Shown: positions 47,771 to 56,967 of the stretch, one piece after another
Layout: the number at the start of each line of letters is the position of its first letter
How positions within the stretch are numbered: position 1 is the stretch's first letter
From: Candidatus Hecatella orcuttiae
Lineage (GTDB): Archaea > Thermoproteota > Bathyarchaeia > Hecatellales > Hecatellaceae
Assembly: GCA_002011035.2 (NCBI GenBank)
Contig: MTLY02000002.1
Coordinates: 1-64,000, forward strand
Direction: 5' to 3'
Length of the DNA stretch: 64,000 nt
The notes under the pieces: generated by a model
Databases searched by the model: none
The model's input: the letters and a program-made list of their open reading frames with translations, nothing else
Told to the model about the DNA's origin: nothing
Program-made: the position numbers and the translations under genes

Positions 47771-48070
47771 ATGGCTGAAAAATTCGGTCAAGTTGTTGTA
47801 CCTTACTATTGCAAGTTAGCTCTTCTGCTCTGCCAGCAGGCAAGGGAGCTCCTCTACAGCGGCTTAGACCTCCAAAGTGCCTCTAAGCTGTGCAGCTTCA
47901 TTTCCACCCTTTGCGTGAAAAACGGATGTTCTATTTGTAAGGAAGAGTCTCAGCTCTGCTCCAAAGTGTCGGAAACATGCGTATTGGAAGGCGGCGAAAG
48001 GGAAGCTAAAAACCTCTGCGATGTGGCCAGAAGACTATGCCCGAAAGGTTTCAGCATCCATGGGAGTTGA
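47771..48070 (+). CDS. Cys-rich helical protein (10 Cys in 99 aa)
   Basis: Repeated Cx6C spacing; ATG 47771. Confidence 0.65.
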   Translation: MAEKFGQVVVPYYCKLALLLCQQARELLYSGLDLQSASKLCSFISTLCVKNGCSICKEESQLCSKVSETCVLEGGEREAKNLCDVARRLCPKGFSIHGS

Positions 48071-48076
48071 GGACCT

Positions 48077-48847
48077 ATGCCGGCTTGGACTAGAATCTAC
48101 CTTGTGGAAGACTTGAAGTTGAAGTCCCCCATTCTAGTCCAAGGGCTGCCGGGGCTAGGCCTTGTGGGGAAGCTGGCGGTGAACTACCTCATAGATGAAT
48201 TGAAGCCTAAACTTTTCGCGGAGCTTTACTCCAGCTATCTGAATCTCCCTGATGGAAGCACAGGCATCCAGATCAAGGAGGACGGAACCTACTACATGCC
48301 GAAGATCGAACTCTACGTCCATCGACATCCTAAACATGACATCATCCTGATAACCGGAGACTCTCAGCCTACCCTCCACGGCCAATACGAGGTGGTAGAC
48401 CACATCCTAGAGCTCGCTCAAAAACAAGGCTGCGAGCGGGTCATAGCGCTAGGCGGCTTTCAGACCCCGGTGGAAAAAGAGATAGGGAAAGTTTACGGGG
48501 TTTTCAACGATGCGAAGCTGGGGGAAGACCTGAAAAATCTAGGTGTTCAGATAACCAGAAGCGGCGCCATCACAGGTGCCTGCGGCGTGATCCTGGGGCT
48601 GAGCGACCGGAGGAGCATACCTTCCATAGCTCTGCTGGGAGCTACGAGAGGCGACTACCCGGACATGCAGGCGGCTAGGGGAGTTTTAAACGTCCTGTTG
48701 AAGATCCTTGACATTTCGATCAGCTTCGAACGGATGGATAAGGAAATCGAGGACATAAAAGTTAAACTGGAAGAGTTGAGGAGGATTCAGGCGGAAACCT
48801 ATCCTCAGCTTAAAAAAGAACTGGGTAAGCGGCCCTTCTACGTGTAG
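48077..48847 (+). CDS. PAC2 proteasome assembly chaperone family
   Basis: Motifs GLPGLGLVGKLA, GDSQP, ALGGF, ITGACG, YPD..AA. Confidence 0.9.
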   Translation: MPAWTRIYLVEDLKLKSPILVQGLPGLGLVGKLAVNYLIDELKPKLFAELYSSYLNLPDGSTGIQIKEDGTYYMPKIELYVHRHPKHDIILITGDSQPTLHGQYEVVDHILELAQKQGCERVIALGGFQTPVEKEIGKVYGVFNDAKLGEDLKNLGVQITRSGAITGACGVILGLSDRRSIPSIALLGATRGDYPDMQAARGVLNVLLKILDISISFERMDKEIEDIKVKLEELRRIQAETYPQLKKELGKRPFYV

Positions 48848-48854
48848 CCGCTGC

Positions 48855-50171
48855 CTAGCCTTCCCTCGTTTTTTTTGGCTTAACCACCAGCAGAGGGCCT
48901 TCTTTACCGATTATTTCGACTTTCTCCCCAGGCTTGATGGGGACGGCTGACTTAGCCTTCCAGTATTCGCCCTTATACCGGATGAAGCCGACCTTTTCCG
49001 GGGTAACTTCCTCCAAGGCCTCTCCTTCCTCCCCTACTATGATTCCCATCGCCGGCTTCATTCTCCTAGCCTTAAGCACCTTGTAGGCGGCGAAGATGAA
49101 GAAGACGCCTATGGCTAAGGGAGCGGAGATGAGGGCGGCGTAGAGAAGGTTAAGCCACTCCGGTGAAACAGACCACTGGCTGGGGAAAAGAAGGACAGCC
49201 CCCAGTAGCATGCAGGCGAAACCGGAGCCGCCTACGATTCCAAACCCGGGGGTGAAAAGTTCAGCCAGCAGAAGTGCTGCTCCTAAGACCATGAGGATGA
49301 GGGCGCCCACGTTTATGCCTGTGATGCCTAGGCCTATCAGGCCGAGGACCAGAAGCACCGCGCCTATAACTTCGCCTCCCGCCCCTGGAGAGGTTAGACC
49401 GAAGATGAGAGCGTACATGCCCACGGTGAAGAAAATGAAAGCCAGCATGGGCTCGGAGAGAATTTTGAACACCAGCAACCCTGGGCTGGGGGTCCATCTC
49501 ACCAATTCAGCGCCGCGGCTTCGGAGGACATACTCGCCTTTAACTGTCTCCACGGAGAAGCCGTCGATTTCAGCCAGCAGGTCTTCCAGCGCAGGGGCTA
49601 CCACTTCGACGACGCCCATTTCCATCGCCTCTTCGGCGCCTAGGTTGAGGTTTTCGGTGACGAAAAGCCGTGCTGCTGTTTCGTTTCTTCCGTGAGCTCT
49701 AGCCCTTTCAGCCATGTAGGCTTCTAGGGCGTTGAGCACCTTGGTGTCATTGATAGGCTGGGAGCCTCCGAAGGGAGAGAAGGCCACAGGCTGGGCTGAG
49801 CCTATGATGGTATGGGGCGCCATGGCGGCTATGTGGGTGGAAAGCAGAATGTAGGTCCCCGCCGACCAGGCGGTGGCCCCCGGAGGGTAGACGTAGCCTA
49901 TGATCGGAACCTCAGCCCGCTCGATGGCTGCGATGATCTTCTGGGTGGCGTCCAGGTTTCCGCCCGGCGTGTCGAGGGTGAGGACCACCGGCTGGTTTCG
50001 GGCCTCCGCGTAGGCTAAGGCCTCATTGACCAGTTCAACAGACATGGTGGTGATGGTGCCTTCCAGTCTGACTACGAGGACCTCCGGCTGCTGGGCTGCG
50101 GCTGGGGAGAGTAAAGGAGCCGATAGAGTAACGGCTACTAGGACGAGAAGGAGGAAAGAGAACCGATGCAC
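48855..50171 (-). CDS. nfeD: NfeD membrane-bound ClpP-class serine protease
   Basis: Motifs LDTPGG, AWSAG, IGSAQP; C-terminal OB fold (GEYWKA). Confidence 0.92.
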   Translation of the reverse strand: MHRFSFLLLVLVAVTLSAPLLSPAAAQQPEVLVVRLEGTITTMSVELVNEALAYAEARNQPVVLTLDTPGGNLDATQKIIAAIERAEVPIIGYVYPPGATAWSAGTYILLSTHIAAMAPHTIIGSAQPVAFSPFGGSQPINDTKVLNALEAYMAERARAHGRNETAARLFVTENLNLGAEEAMEMGVVEVVAPALEDLLAEIDGFSVETVKGEYVLRSRGAELVRWTPSPGLLVFKILSEPMLAFIFFTVGMYALIFGLTSPGAGGEVIGAVLLVLGLIGLGITGINVGALILMVLGAALLLAELFTPGFGIVGGSGFACMLLGAVLLFPSQWSVSPEWLNLLYAALISAPLAIGVFFIFAAYKVLKARRMKPAMGIIVGEEGEALEEVTPEKVGFIRYKGEYWKAKSAVPIKPGEKVEIIGKEGPLLVVKPKKTREG

Positions 50172-50177
50172 AGAGGT

Positions 50178-50978
50178 TTACTCACCCGAAGTGGACCTAG
50201 TCTTCTTTTCGGCTTTCATGAGCCCTAGCATGGTGGCAAGGTCGGCGCCTCCTCCAATGGCCGCAGGTGTGACGACGACCAAGTTTCGCTCTCGGGCTAT
50301 GTCGGTGAGGGTTTGAAGCTCTCTCAACCTCATGGCCATAGGTGTCATCTGGTACATTTTAGCCGCGTCTGTCATGCGAGTTGCCGCTTGGTATTCACCC
50401 TCAGCAATAATGATCCGGGAGCGCCTTTCTCTCTCCGCTTCCGCCTGCTTGGCTATCGCCCTCTGCATGTCTTCGGGGAGGGAAACGTCTTTGATGGCCA
50501 CGTTGGACACTTTTATGCCCCAAGGATCCGTGGCTGTGTCGATGATTTCCGTCAGCCGTTTGGAGAGTTCTTCCCTCTTGGTCAACAGCTCATCCAAGTC
50601 CACTTGGCCTAGGACATCCCTCAGGGTGGTTTGGGAGAGAAGGTTGGTAGCGAAGATGAAGTTTTCCACGGCCACCACAGCCTTTTGAGGGTCGACTACG
50701 CGGTAGTAGACGGCGGCGTCCACGTCCACGGAGACATTGTCCCTAGTGATCACCCGCTGTTTGGGGACGTCGAAGGTCACCACCCTCAAGTCCACCACTC
50801 TGAAGACGTCGATGAGGGGGATCCGGAAGAAGATGCCGGGGCCTTTGGCACCTAGAAGTCTTCCAAGCCTGAAGATCACAGCCCGCTGGTATTCCTTCAC
50901 TATTTTGAGGGAGGAAGCCAGAATTATCAGCACGATGATTATCAGGAAGAAGGCAGGGGCAAAGTTAGCGGCAGCCAT
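50178..50978 (-). CDS. Slipin/stomatin (SPFH) protein
   Basis: Motifs EYQRAVIFRLGR, ITRDNV, QTTLR, QAEAERERR. Confidence 0.95.
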   Translation of the reverse strand: MAAANFAPAFFLIIIVLIILASSLKIVKEYQRAVIFRLGRLLGAKGPGIFFRIPLIDVFRVVDLRVVTFDVPKQRVITRDNVSVDVDAAVYYRVVDPQKAVVAVENFIFATNLLSQTTLRDVLGQVDLDELLTKREELSKRLTEIIDTATDPWGIKVSNVAIKDVSLPEDMQRAIAKQAEAERERRSRIIIAEGEYQAATRMTDAAKMYQMTPMAMRLRELQTLTDIARERNLVVVTPAAIGGGADLATMLGLMKAEKKTRSTSGE

Positions 50979-51083
50979 TTATATCACCTATACATCTTTC
51001 CAAGGTACTCACATCTTCCTAAAATTTAAACCTACCTAATTGGGGATCCCTAGGTTAAACTTCGCAGCGAAAAGGGGAACATC

Positions 51084-51710
51084 TTGACAGCCTCCAGCCG
51101 ACCGGTAGTGGGCATCGACCTTGCGGGAGTGGAAACCAGACCCACAGGCTTCTGCACCTTAGACCAAAACCTCAGAGCGAAAACCCTCCTCCTCTGGAAG
51201 GATGAAGAAATAGTCAGCCATGTTGCAAAGTTGAAACCCCGCCTCGTCGCCGTGGACGCTCCCCTAGGGCTGCCCAAGGGGAGATGCTGCCTCAGGGACG
51301 ACTGCCCCTGCCGCTCCGCAGGCCATCTGAGAGAATGCGACCGGGAGCTTCTTCGAATGGGATTGAAGCTTTTCCCTCCCACCTTGGGGGCCATGAGGAA
51401 GCTGACTCTCCGAGCTGTGGCCCTCAGAAAAATCCTTGAGCGGGGACGCTTTCAGGTGGTGGAGGCTTTTCCCCACGCCGCCAAAGCCCTCTTGGGGTTT
51501 CCTGAAAAAAGGGAGGGAGCTGAAAAGTTGAGGGAGGCCCTCAAAAAATTCGGCGTGAAGGGGGAGCTTCGTAGGAAGCGAAACATAACCATCCACGAGC
51601 TGGACGCTGTGGTTTCAGCCTTGGTTGGAAGACTCTGGCTGGAGGGTGAGGCTCAAGCCGTAGGAAAACCGGAAGAAGGCTTGATAATAATTCCGAAGAA
51701 GCCCCAGTAG
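51084..51710 (+). CDS. DUF429 predicted nuclease (RNase H fold)
   Basis: Motifs VGIDLAG, VDAPL, RECDREL, EAFP, HELDA. Confidence 0.88.
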   Translation: MTASSRPVVGIDLAGVETRPTGFCTLDQNLRAKTLLLWKDEEIVSHVAKLKPRLVAVDAPLGLPKGRCCLRDDCPCRSAGHLRECDRELLRMGLKLFPPTLGAMRKLTLRAVALRKILERGRFQVVEAFPHAAKALLGFPEKREGAEKLREALKKFGVKGELRRKRNITIHELDAVVSALVGRLWLEGEAQAVGKPEEGLIIIPKKPQ

Positions 51711-51799
51711 GCTGCGGCCAAAGAGCCGCGGTTTGCAGAAGCCGTGGATCCAAGTTAATGTGCAAGGTTTTTATCAGGCAGCTTTCTTCTTCAACTTCA

Positions 51800-51864
51800 G
51801 GGGCTGTGAAGACTCTAGCCCAACTGAGCTGAAGCCGTGATGTGGATCTTGAGTGCAGAGCCCC
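51800..51864 (+). ncRNA. Box C/D guide sRNA (predicted target tRNA-Leu(CAA) C34)
   Basis: GGGGC/GCCCC terminal stem; C GTGAAGA 51806, D' CTGA 51824, C' GTGATGT 51837, D CAGA 51856. Confidence 0.72.
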
Positions 51865-51879
51865 TAGTTTTCAGCACTT

Positions 51880-53295
51880 TTAGGATAAGGTTCTCCGAAG
51901 GCTGTGAATGGCCCTCTTCTGGCAGTCTAAAACAGCCTCTTTGAAGGCTTCTGACAGGGTTGGGTGGGGGATCACGGTGCGGGCGACGTCTTCCACGGTA
52001 GCCTCCAAGCTGACCGCTGTTATGGCCCCTGAAATCAGCTCCGAAGCATGAGGGCCTAAGATGTGAACGCCTAAAAGCTCCCCGGACTCGGCTTCCGCAA
52101 CGACCTTAACAAAGCCCTCAGCCGCCTCTAAGGTTACGGCCCTCCCGTTGGCGGCGAAGGGAAACCTACCTACCTCCACGCGGTGCCCTCGCTCCCTCGC
52201 TTGCTCTTCCGTGAGGCCTACGGCGGCGACTTCGGGGGAGGTGAACACACACCGGGGAATTGTTTCCCTTCGAAGGATGGAATTGCCCCCCAGCGCATTC
52301 TCTGCAGCCACCAGTCCCCCTGCATAGGCTTCATGGGCGAACTGCCCTCCGGCTACGTCTCCCACCGCAAACACTCGGGGAACGTTGGTTTCCATCCTCT
52401 GATTTACAGGTATGCCTTTCCTCCCAAAGGATACCCCCGCGTTTTCAAGCCCTAAATTTTCAACGTTGGGAACCCGGCCTGTTGCGAGGAGGACCTTTTC
52501 AGCTTCCACCTCCTTCACACCCTCTTTCGACGTTAAAGCCACTTTTTTCCCTTCGGGGGAGCTGGAAATCCGCTTAACCTCCACGCCCACCGAAACCTCA
52601 ACTCCCCTACGGCGTAGCAGCTGCTCCAAGCGGGAGCCTATTTCACCGTCTTCCGCCGGTAAAAGGCGGGACATCATCTCCACAAGCCTCACCTCCGTTC
52701 CCAGCCCTGAAAACAGGGAGGCGAACTCGCATCCCACAGCGCCGCCCCCCATGATAAGCAGACTATGGGGGGCATTTTCTAATGCCAAGGCTTCATCGCT
52801 GGTTAGGACATCTTTCCAGTCGGCTCCCGGTATGGGCGGCTTCAGAGGCTTGGAGCCCGTGGCGATGATGATACTTTCAGCCTCCAACTCGAGCATCCCT
52901 TCGCCCTTTTCCACCACCCTAACCTTCCGAGGGCTGGTTAAGGCGGCGGAGCCACGGATGAGTTGGACCCCGTTTTTCTCAAGAAGATACTCCACGTAGC
53001 CTACCATCCGGTTTACAATTTCCTCTTTGCGTTTCATCAACCCCTTGAAATCCAAAGCTACACCTTGGACGGCCACGCCGAATTTATGGCAGCTTTTGAT
53101 TTCGGAAAGCAGCTCCACCGACTTCAACAAAGTTTTAGTGGGAATACATCCTACGTTCGTGCATACGCCTCCAACCCTGTCTTTTTCCACAACAGCCACC
53201 TTACCTCCCAGCTGAGAGGCCCTGATGGCCGCAGTGTAACCTCCCGGCCCGCCTCCCAAGACCAAAACATCCAACCGGCCTAAACCTGCCACCAT
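51880..53295 (-). CDS. lpdA: Dihydrolipoamide dehydrogenase
   Basis: Motifs GGGPGGY, GGVCTNVGCIP, HPTLSE. Confidence 0.93.
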   Translation of the reverse strand: MVAGLGRLDVLVLGGGPGGYTAAIRASQLGGKVAVVEKDRVGGVCTNVGCIPTKTLLKSVELLSEIKSCHKFGVAVQGVALDFKGLMKRKEEIVNRMVGYVEYLLEKNGVQLIRGSAALTSPRKVRVVEKGEGMLELEAESIIIATGSKPLKPPIPGADWKDVLTSDEALALENAPHSLLIMGGGAVGCEFASLFSGLGTEVRLVEMMSRLLPAEDGEIGSRLEQLLRRRGVEVSVGVEVKRISSSPEGKKVALTSKEGVKEVEAEKVLLATGRVPNVENLGLENAGVSFGRKGIPVNQRMETNVPRVFAVGDVAGGQFAHEAYAGGLVAAENALGGNSILRRETIPRCVFTSPEVAAVGLTEEQARERGHRVEVGRFPFAANGRAVTLEAAEGFVKVVAEAESGELLGVHILGPHASELISGAITAVSLEATVEDVARTVIPHPTLSEAFKEAVLDCQKRAIHSLRRTLS

Positions 53296-53408
53296 GAACG
53301 CTCAACCCCTGCTGTTAAAACGAAACTTTTTCTTCAACCTCTGTAAAAAATCCTTCCATCCTGCTGGGCGAGCAGCACATCAACCTTATAGGGCCTTGTT
53401 TCCGATGG

Positions 53409-54284
53409 TTGAAGTTGAGGGGCTGCAGCCTAATGGGGGAGACAGGAACCTACAAGGCTAAGCTTCAACATCTGCTTTTCCCCTTGTTAACCCTCTCCAT
53501 GGCGATGGCTTTCGCCGCCCTTCTCTCGGCTGCTTATACTTCGCCGCCTCTGAACCCTCTGCCTTTTGAAGGCGGCCTCTCCGCCTCTGCTTACAATGCT
53601 CTGTACTACGCAGCCTTGATAGCGGGGATGGGGCTGGTCTTCTACCTTCTCACCAAGGCCGGTATGAGAAAAATTTTGAAGACTCTCATCCTCGGAGTCT
53701 ACGCCCTCCTAGTTTTCGCTCTTGCCTCCATATATTCTGCTGCAGGCTTCTGGATAGCCGGTTTGAGTCCACCTTTCAGCTCCTACCTTGGGGGGTTAGG
53801 CTCGGTGGCAGTTGTTTTTCTGGCCCTCTACGCTGTTTTCGTCAGGGGCGGAGTCTGGAGGTCCATCGTCATGTTTCTGGTGGCCGCAGGTTTAGGGGCT
53901 CTCCTAGGCTTTACCATTCCAAGCCTCAGCGTCTACGCCATTCTCATCGCTCTCTCCGTCTACGATGTTTTCGCCGTGTTCAAGGGGCCTCTGGGGAGAA
54001 TGCCTTGGACGGCGGAGCCAGAGGTTTTCACAGGTCTCATTCTCACCCACGACAATTTGAAAATAGGGCTGGGGGACCTAGCCTTCTACTCTATGCTGGC
54101 ATCCCACATCTACCTTCTCCAAGGCTTTTACCCCTTCCTAGCGGCTTCCTTGGGGATACTTCTAGGCGTCTATCTTTCCCTCAAACTTTTGGAGCGGAGA
54201 AGCATGGTTCCGGGACTGCCTTTAGCCGTCGGCCTAGGGATAATCTTCACCCAGCTCCTCAACTTTCTCCAACCCCTTATTTGA
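53409..54284 (+). CDS. Presenilin-family (GxGD) intramembrane aspartyl protease
   Basis: Motifs LSVYD..AV, IGLGDL.FYS, PGLP. Confidence 0.85.
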   Translation: MKLRGCSLMGETGTYKAKLQHLLFPLLTLSMAMAFAALLSAAYTSPPLNPLPFEGGLSASAYNALYYAALIAGMGLVFYLLTKAGMRKILKTLILGVYALLVFALASIYSAAGFWIAGLSPPFSSYLGGLGSVAVVFLALYAVFVRGGVWRSIVMFLVAAGLGALLGFTIPSLSVYAILIALSVYDVFAVFKGPLGRMPWTAEPEVFTGLILTHDNLKIGLGDLAFYSMLASHIYLLQGFYPFLAASLGILLGVYLSLKLLERRSMVPGLPLAVGLGIIFTQLLNFLQPLI

Positions 54285-54447
54285 AAATCCATCAGTTTAA
54301 GGGACTGGGGGAAAAGCTTCCTGTTCCTAAGTGATATGGACGGACTGCGCTAGGCTACTAGAAAAATATCAGAATATTGATAACATGCTGCACGCATAGT
54401 AAATTATAAATATATATTCCAAAATAATATAACTAGCGTGATAAATA

Positions 54448-54555
54448 ATGACCGTACATCAAATCATAGACGTAGTATATATTCTGTACGCGGTAGGCGT
54501 AGCGACATTTATGCTTCTCTATGTTCGCAAAATCACGCAGAAAGGAGGGGGGTAA
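54448..54555 (+). CDS. 35-aa single-TM protein; putative small (IIa-like) subunit of the oxidase-family complex
   Basis: MTVHQIIDVVYILYAVGVATFMLLYVRKITQKGGG*; first ORF after the AT-rich promoter and 4 nt before subunit II. Confidence 0.7.
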   Translation: MTVHQIIDVVYILYAVGVATFMLLYVRKITQKGGG

Positions 54556-54559
54556 AAAG

Positions 54560-54982
54560 GTGGAGAAAGCGGAAAAAAGATGGCTGGTCATCTTAGTTGC
54601 CGTAGCAGTGGTCTTTAACGCTACAACGCTTTCTCCTCTAGTCCCTTGGCAAAACTGGCTTTTCTGGTCTCCGCCTACTCCAGTGGAAGAATTCCATATA
54701 AGGATGAAAAATTACACTTTCCAACTTCCCCCGGATGGGATAACAGTCCAAGTAGGTGAGCCTGTTAGGTTTATCGTGACGTCGGAGGATGTAACCTATG
54801 GTTTCGGAGTCTTCAGAGAGGATGGGAGCATCGTCTTCCAGATGCAGGTGCTCCCCGGGTATCGCAATTCGATCCTGTGGGTGTTCGATGAACCCGGCGA
54901 CTACACCATCCGTTCCACGGAGTACTCCGGCCCATACCATCCCCACATGGTCTTACCGAATGCCATTCGCGTGGTGGAGTGA
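54560..54982 (+). CDS. Heme-copper oxidase subunit II-like cupredoxin lacking CuA ligands
   Basis: One TM helix, SEDVTYGF, MQVLPG, STEYSGPYHPHM; GTG follows a GGAGG RBS. Confidence 0.85.
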   Translation: MEKAEKRWLVILVAVAVVFNATTLSPLVPWQNWLFWSPPTPVEEFHIRMKNYTFQLPPDGITVQVGEPVRFIVTSEDVTYGFGVFREDGSIVFQMQVLPGYRNSILWVFDEPGDYTIRSTEYSGPYHPHMVLPNAIRVVE

Positions 54983-54997
54983 GGTGGAGGCTTTCCC

Positions 54998-56587
54998 ATG
55001 ACCTATGAAAGGCTTACTCTGCGTTATGCGATAATCTCAACACTGTTCCTAGGCCTAGCTGGCATTGAAGGTTTGCTGATGAGGGTGCAACTGGTGAACA
55101 TTCCGTTGTTCGACTTCGAACACTACTACGCCATGCTGACCGTTCACCCGTTTGTGGGAATCTACGGATGGGCTTACTTGGGGGTGATAGGCGCCTTTTA
55201 CTATCTCGTCCCTAAACTCCTTAACAAACCCCTCTACAGCCTCAAGCTGGCCGACGTGAACCTGTGGACCTTCGTCGCAGGAGTGCTCATCGTTTGGTCT
55301 TCCGGGCTTCTCACCAAGTTCGGCTCCCTCTACACCCTCTACTGGCCGCTGCCTGTGGAGAGGTTCCCTCCCAACAGCGTAGTCTTTTTCTCCTCAGGCC
55401 TACTGCTCATAGAACTGTCGGTGTTGCTGTTCATCTTCAACATCTTCGCCACCGTTTTCAGCAGAAAAGGGGAGAGTTCGGGGAAAACCTTCAAAAGTCT
55501 TCTCTTATCCGCCTTCGGGCTTGAGGGTTTGTCCCAACGGTTCAGCATGGCCCTCAGCAAGTTGGGAGTAAAGTCTTCCAAGCGTATGTTGAACGGAGGC
55601 AGCGGCTCCAATCCTCAACCCATGCCTGTGTTTGTTGTGGCGGTGATGCGGGGAAGCGTCGACGCTGTTCTCAACGCGCTGGTTCTAGCTGGGGCAGGAG
55701 GCTTGCTGTTGGCTTTCAGCCTGCCGGCGCTTTTAGCCGGTGTGATGCTAAACCCTCTCATCGTCGACCCACTAGTCTACAAGAACGTGTTCTGGTGGGG
55801 TTTGGATATGATTGCCGACGGCGATGTTTTGATATGGGTGGCTGGAGCCTTGTATCTTCTCGCTCCTTTACTCACAAACCGGAAACTTTACGCTGAAGAT
55901 GTGGTGAGGAAGGTTATCCTAGCAGACCTTCTCATCTCCATGGGCGTGTGGAGCCACCATCTGATGTCCGACCTTCCCCAGCCTTCGTTTATGAGGCTGA
56001 TCTCAGGGCAGTTCATAACTTGGGGTGAGTTCTTCACCATGGGGCTGACGTTTTTCGCCGTCCTGATGACCGTCTGGCTGGCTCGGCCGGTTAAGCTAAC
56101 TATGCCTCTGAAATTCATGCTGGGGGGTATTTTCGGCTTCATGCTTGGAGGAGGTTCAGGGCTGCTTCAAGCCAACTACGCTTTGAACCTAGTCATGCAC
56201 AACACCCAGTGGGTTCCCGGATTCCACATTCACCAGATGGTGCTGGTGGGGTTAGGCGGCGTCATCTTCGCTGTCATCTACGCTCTTCTGCCCATGTTGA
56301 CAGGCACTGAGTTGAAGAGTCAGAAGCTGAGCAACCTTCACTTCTGGCTTTGGATGATCGGAGGCGTAGGTATGGCCTTTTCCATGGGGCTGGCGTGGAC
56401 GCCGGGTATGCTGAGGAGAACCCTCTACCCTGACACTACCATCTACCTGCCCTATATGAGCTCAGCCATGTTCTTTGGAATACTGCTCGCCATCGGATTC
56501 CTAGCCTTCATCATAAACCTCGTCCATACCTACGGGCTGCGAACACTGGTAGGACTCTTCATACCTCAGAGGAAAACCAAACCCTAA
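54998..56587 (+). CDS. Heme-copper oxidase superfamily subunit I with non-canonical active site (NOR-like)
   Basis: Motifs LTVHP, WSHH, HNTQW...HIH, GMLRR; helix VI reads FWWGLDMIAD. Confidence 0.9.
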   Translation: MTYERLTLRYAIISTLFLGLAGIEGLLMRVQLVNIPLFDFEHYYAMLTVHPFVGIYGWAYLGVIGAFYYLVPKLLNKPLYSLKLADVNLWTFVAGVLIVWSSGLLTKFGSLYTLYWPLPVERFPPNSVVFFSSGLLLIELSVLLFIFNIFATVFSRKGESSGKTFKSLLLSAFGLEGLSQRFSMALSKLGVKSSKRMLNGGSGSNPQPMPVFVVAVMRGSVDAVLNALVLAGAGGLLLAFSLPALLAGVMLNPLIVDPLVYKNVFWWGLDMIADGDVLIWVAGALYLLAPLLTNRKLYAEDVVRKVILADLLISMGVWSHHLMSDLPQPSFMRLISGQFITWGEFFTMGLTFFAVLMTVWLARPVKLTMPLKFMLGGIFGFMLGGGSGLLQANYALNLVMHNTQWVPGFHIHQMVLVGLGGVIFAVIYALLPMLTGTELKSQKLSNLHFWLWMIGGVGMAFSMGLAWTPGMLRRTLYPDTTIYLPYMSSAMFFGILLAIGFLAFIINLVHTYGLRTLVGLFIPQRKTKP

Positions 56588-56708
56588 ACCGGCCGGACAT
56601 CCCTAAATAGGCGAGCTTTTTTTCATGCCGCTGAAGACTGGAGGAGAATATCTAAAAATCCGGAGAGAGTTAAATCTAAGAGCGAGTAATAGTAGAAATC
56701 TGAACGGC

Positions 56709-56783
56709 GCGGCCGTGGTCTAGCCTGGCCTAGGACAGGGGCCCCCCAAGCCCCTAACCCGGGTTCGAATCCCGGCGGCCGCA
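56709..56783 (+). tRNA. tRNA-Gly(CCC) with C33
   Basis: GCGGCCG/CGGCCGC acceptor, GGGGC-CCCCCAA-GCCCC anticodon arm, GGTTCGAATCC. Confidence 0.9.
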
Positions 56784-56967
56784 TTCAGCTACCCCGTTTA
56801 CGGACTTCGTCTATCCTTTTGATCCATCAGCCTTTGCAGGCTTGCAAAATGCGAGAAGGGGAAAAATGGATTTTGAGTTAATTCTTTGAGCATCTCCTGC
56901 CGGTCTTTTTGACTGCAAATACGCATAAAGCGGAAATTTTAACCAGCAACATAAGAAGGTTTATTAG

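Noticed and set aside
54560-56587. Ordinary cytochrome c oxidase (aerobic respiration)
   Set aside because: The CuA cysteines, the helix-VI His and the cross-link Tyr are all absent.
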